DNA of 64,000 nt from Felis catus (Eukaryota). The stretch lies in contig NC_058368.1 of NCBI RefSeq assembly GCF_018350175.1, positions 201,874,001 to 201,938,000 on the forward strand, given 5' to 3'. The position numbers and the translations under genes were made by a program. Of the stretch, positions 62,400-64,000 are shown piece by piece. The stretch's first letter is position 1, and every line of letters starts with the position of its first letter. The notes under the pieces were generated by a model. The model made no database searches and was not told the origin of the DNA. It was given only the letters and a program-made list of their open reading frames with translations.

Positions 62400-62699
62400 T
62401 CGTCTTGCTATCTCTGGGCCATTTTCCCTCAATAGTCTTGCACTGCACCCCTGACTGCCCTTCCTCTATTTACTGACACAATTCTCCAAGCTGATTTGTC
62501 CATTCATTCAAATACCTAGTTTTAGGACCAGCACTGGCAGCTTGTCTGGGCTCACACTGGTTTTTTGGTTGTTACCATCTTCAGATCCTGAAAACATCAT
62601 CCAGACTGTACATCACCTCCAGCCAGGCCTGCTTCCCCACGGCCTACCTTGCAAGAGCAGATTTCCTTTCAAGTTCCATCTTCTCTCATCTGTTCCAAT

Positions 62700-63250
62700 T
62701 CATGATAGTTAGAGATGCCATGCACTAATATATGACAAATGGTAATTTAGCAGAAAAAAATGTTATTTCAGGATGAGTTCAAGGAAAGCTTTTTGGTGGA
62801 GAGTCAGCTAAGAGCAGTTCTGATGATGGATAGTCCCGAGAGCATATGGATGGTGGAATGATGAGGTGGAAAATGAAGTAGATGCGTATGGACTTTCCAC
62901 GTAGAAACCGTGTGAGCAAAAACACAAAGATGGGAAATGAGATGACTTTGACAAGGCCAGGCAGACAACTGAGATTATTTGGACCATCAGCGTTGGAAGA
63001 AGCTGGGCCTATGGGAATCAGTGGTCAATGTATCGAGCACGAGCACTGTTGGTAAACGTGACACAGGCTGGGTGACTTCTGTAGAGGGTGATCATTCCAC
63101 AGGGGGAGAGGCTTTTTGGTTATAAACATGCTTGAAGTTCACTGAACGTTAAGGGCACCTTTCAGTTAAAACCTTACTGAAATTAAAAAAAAAAAAAAAA
63201 CACCTTATTGAAAGTATGTTGACCTTTGATGACCCTCAGAGAGCACCAGC
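62700..63250. mobile_element. L2 fragment (decayed)
   Basis: caaggaaagctttttggtggagag, gaaaccgtgtgagcaaaaacacaaagatgggaa. Confidence 0.55.
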
Positions 63251-63699
63251 TAGATTGATGGTACCAGAATGTGAGAGGGCACTAGAGCAAATCTGTGCAC
63301 GAATCCCTGCCATGTCATTTATCTATGGCTTCAGCTATATCCAGTGATTTGTTTGTTTTGACTGTGGTCAAAACTCCAGGTACAACACTATTGAAACAAT
63401 AAATCCAGTTATAATAAATGACAGAGGGCATTCAAGCAGAGGCAAGAAGCAAAATCTTCTAAAAGTGTAAAGGTAAACCATATTAGGTCTTGCCCTTCCA
63501 ACAAACTTCTCCAATATTTTCATGCCATAGCCCTGTCTGACTTCCTTCCAGGTGGATAGGACTCTTCGATTTGCTGATTTCCTCAATGGTGATTACCTGA
63601 TTCTCTATTTTCCAAGTTAATGCATCCTGTTCATTGAGAAATGGCATTTTTAGACTACTACTAATATTTACATATAAAAAAGCTGGGTTTTTATCAAAT

Positions 63700-63755
63700 A
63701 AAAGATTAAAATCAGGGAATGATAAACAAAAGATTAAAATCAGGGAATGGTAAAC
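63700..63755. repeat. 28-bp tandem duplication
   Basis: aaaagattaaaatcagggaatg(a/g)taaac x2, one mismatch. Confidence 0.9.
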
Positions 63756-64000
63756 AACAGACAAATTAGAGTTTCTCTACCTGGAGATTAGTTACATACA
63801 GTATTAGAGAGGGCTGAAAGATAACAACCATCTCACAAAAGAATATAAAAATAGTTGGTGACTAGGAATCGTAAGACTACTAACTAATTCAGGGTTTTGG
63901 CTGTTTTTATCCTCACCTGAAAACAGTCTTTAAAAAAAAAAAAGTATTTTGATTTACATCGCAGGAAAAAAGATTAGAGAAAAACATTAGAGAAAGCTGA

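Noticed and set aside
1..64000. CRISPR-like or prokaryotic system
   Set aside because: Sequence is mammalian; dispersed repeats are retroposons with TSDs and there is no regularly spaced repeat-spacer array or operon-like ORF set

Overview
Mammalian genomic DNA from a felid (cat-family) genome, judged from about 36 tRNA-derived CanSINE/SINEC_Fc elements. The only protein-coding content is the 5' end of PARP8 on the minus strand. Coding exon 16835-16925 (MGMCSRQERIQKDIDVVIQKSRAEKDCLFA) splices in frame to exon 15809-15863 (DFRYSDSTFTFTYVGGPK), within or next to a CpG island at about 15900-17620. Positions 1-15808 belong to the following large intron. Positions ~18200-64000 are upstream intergenic DNA containing SINEs, L1/L2/MIR fragments, solo LTRs (MER21, MLT2, MLT1), a decayed ERV-L pol/dUTPase segment and a probable decayed ERV1 internal region. 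No rRNA, tRNA gene, CRISPR array or intact transposon ORF was seen, and almost all ORF-track entries are spurious. I found no clearly new biological system. The best leads are regulatory: an alternative upstream PARP8 exon whose splicing would remove a 12-proline uORF, an RFX/NF-kB/ETS cluster in intron 1, a triple E-box cluster, and an ISRE-bearing upstream element. Repeat family names come from recognising motifs by eye, not from a database search, and repeat boundaries are approximate.
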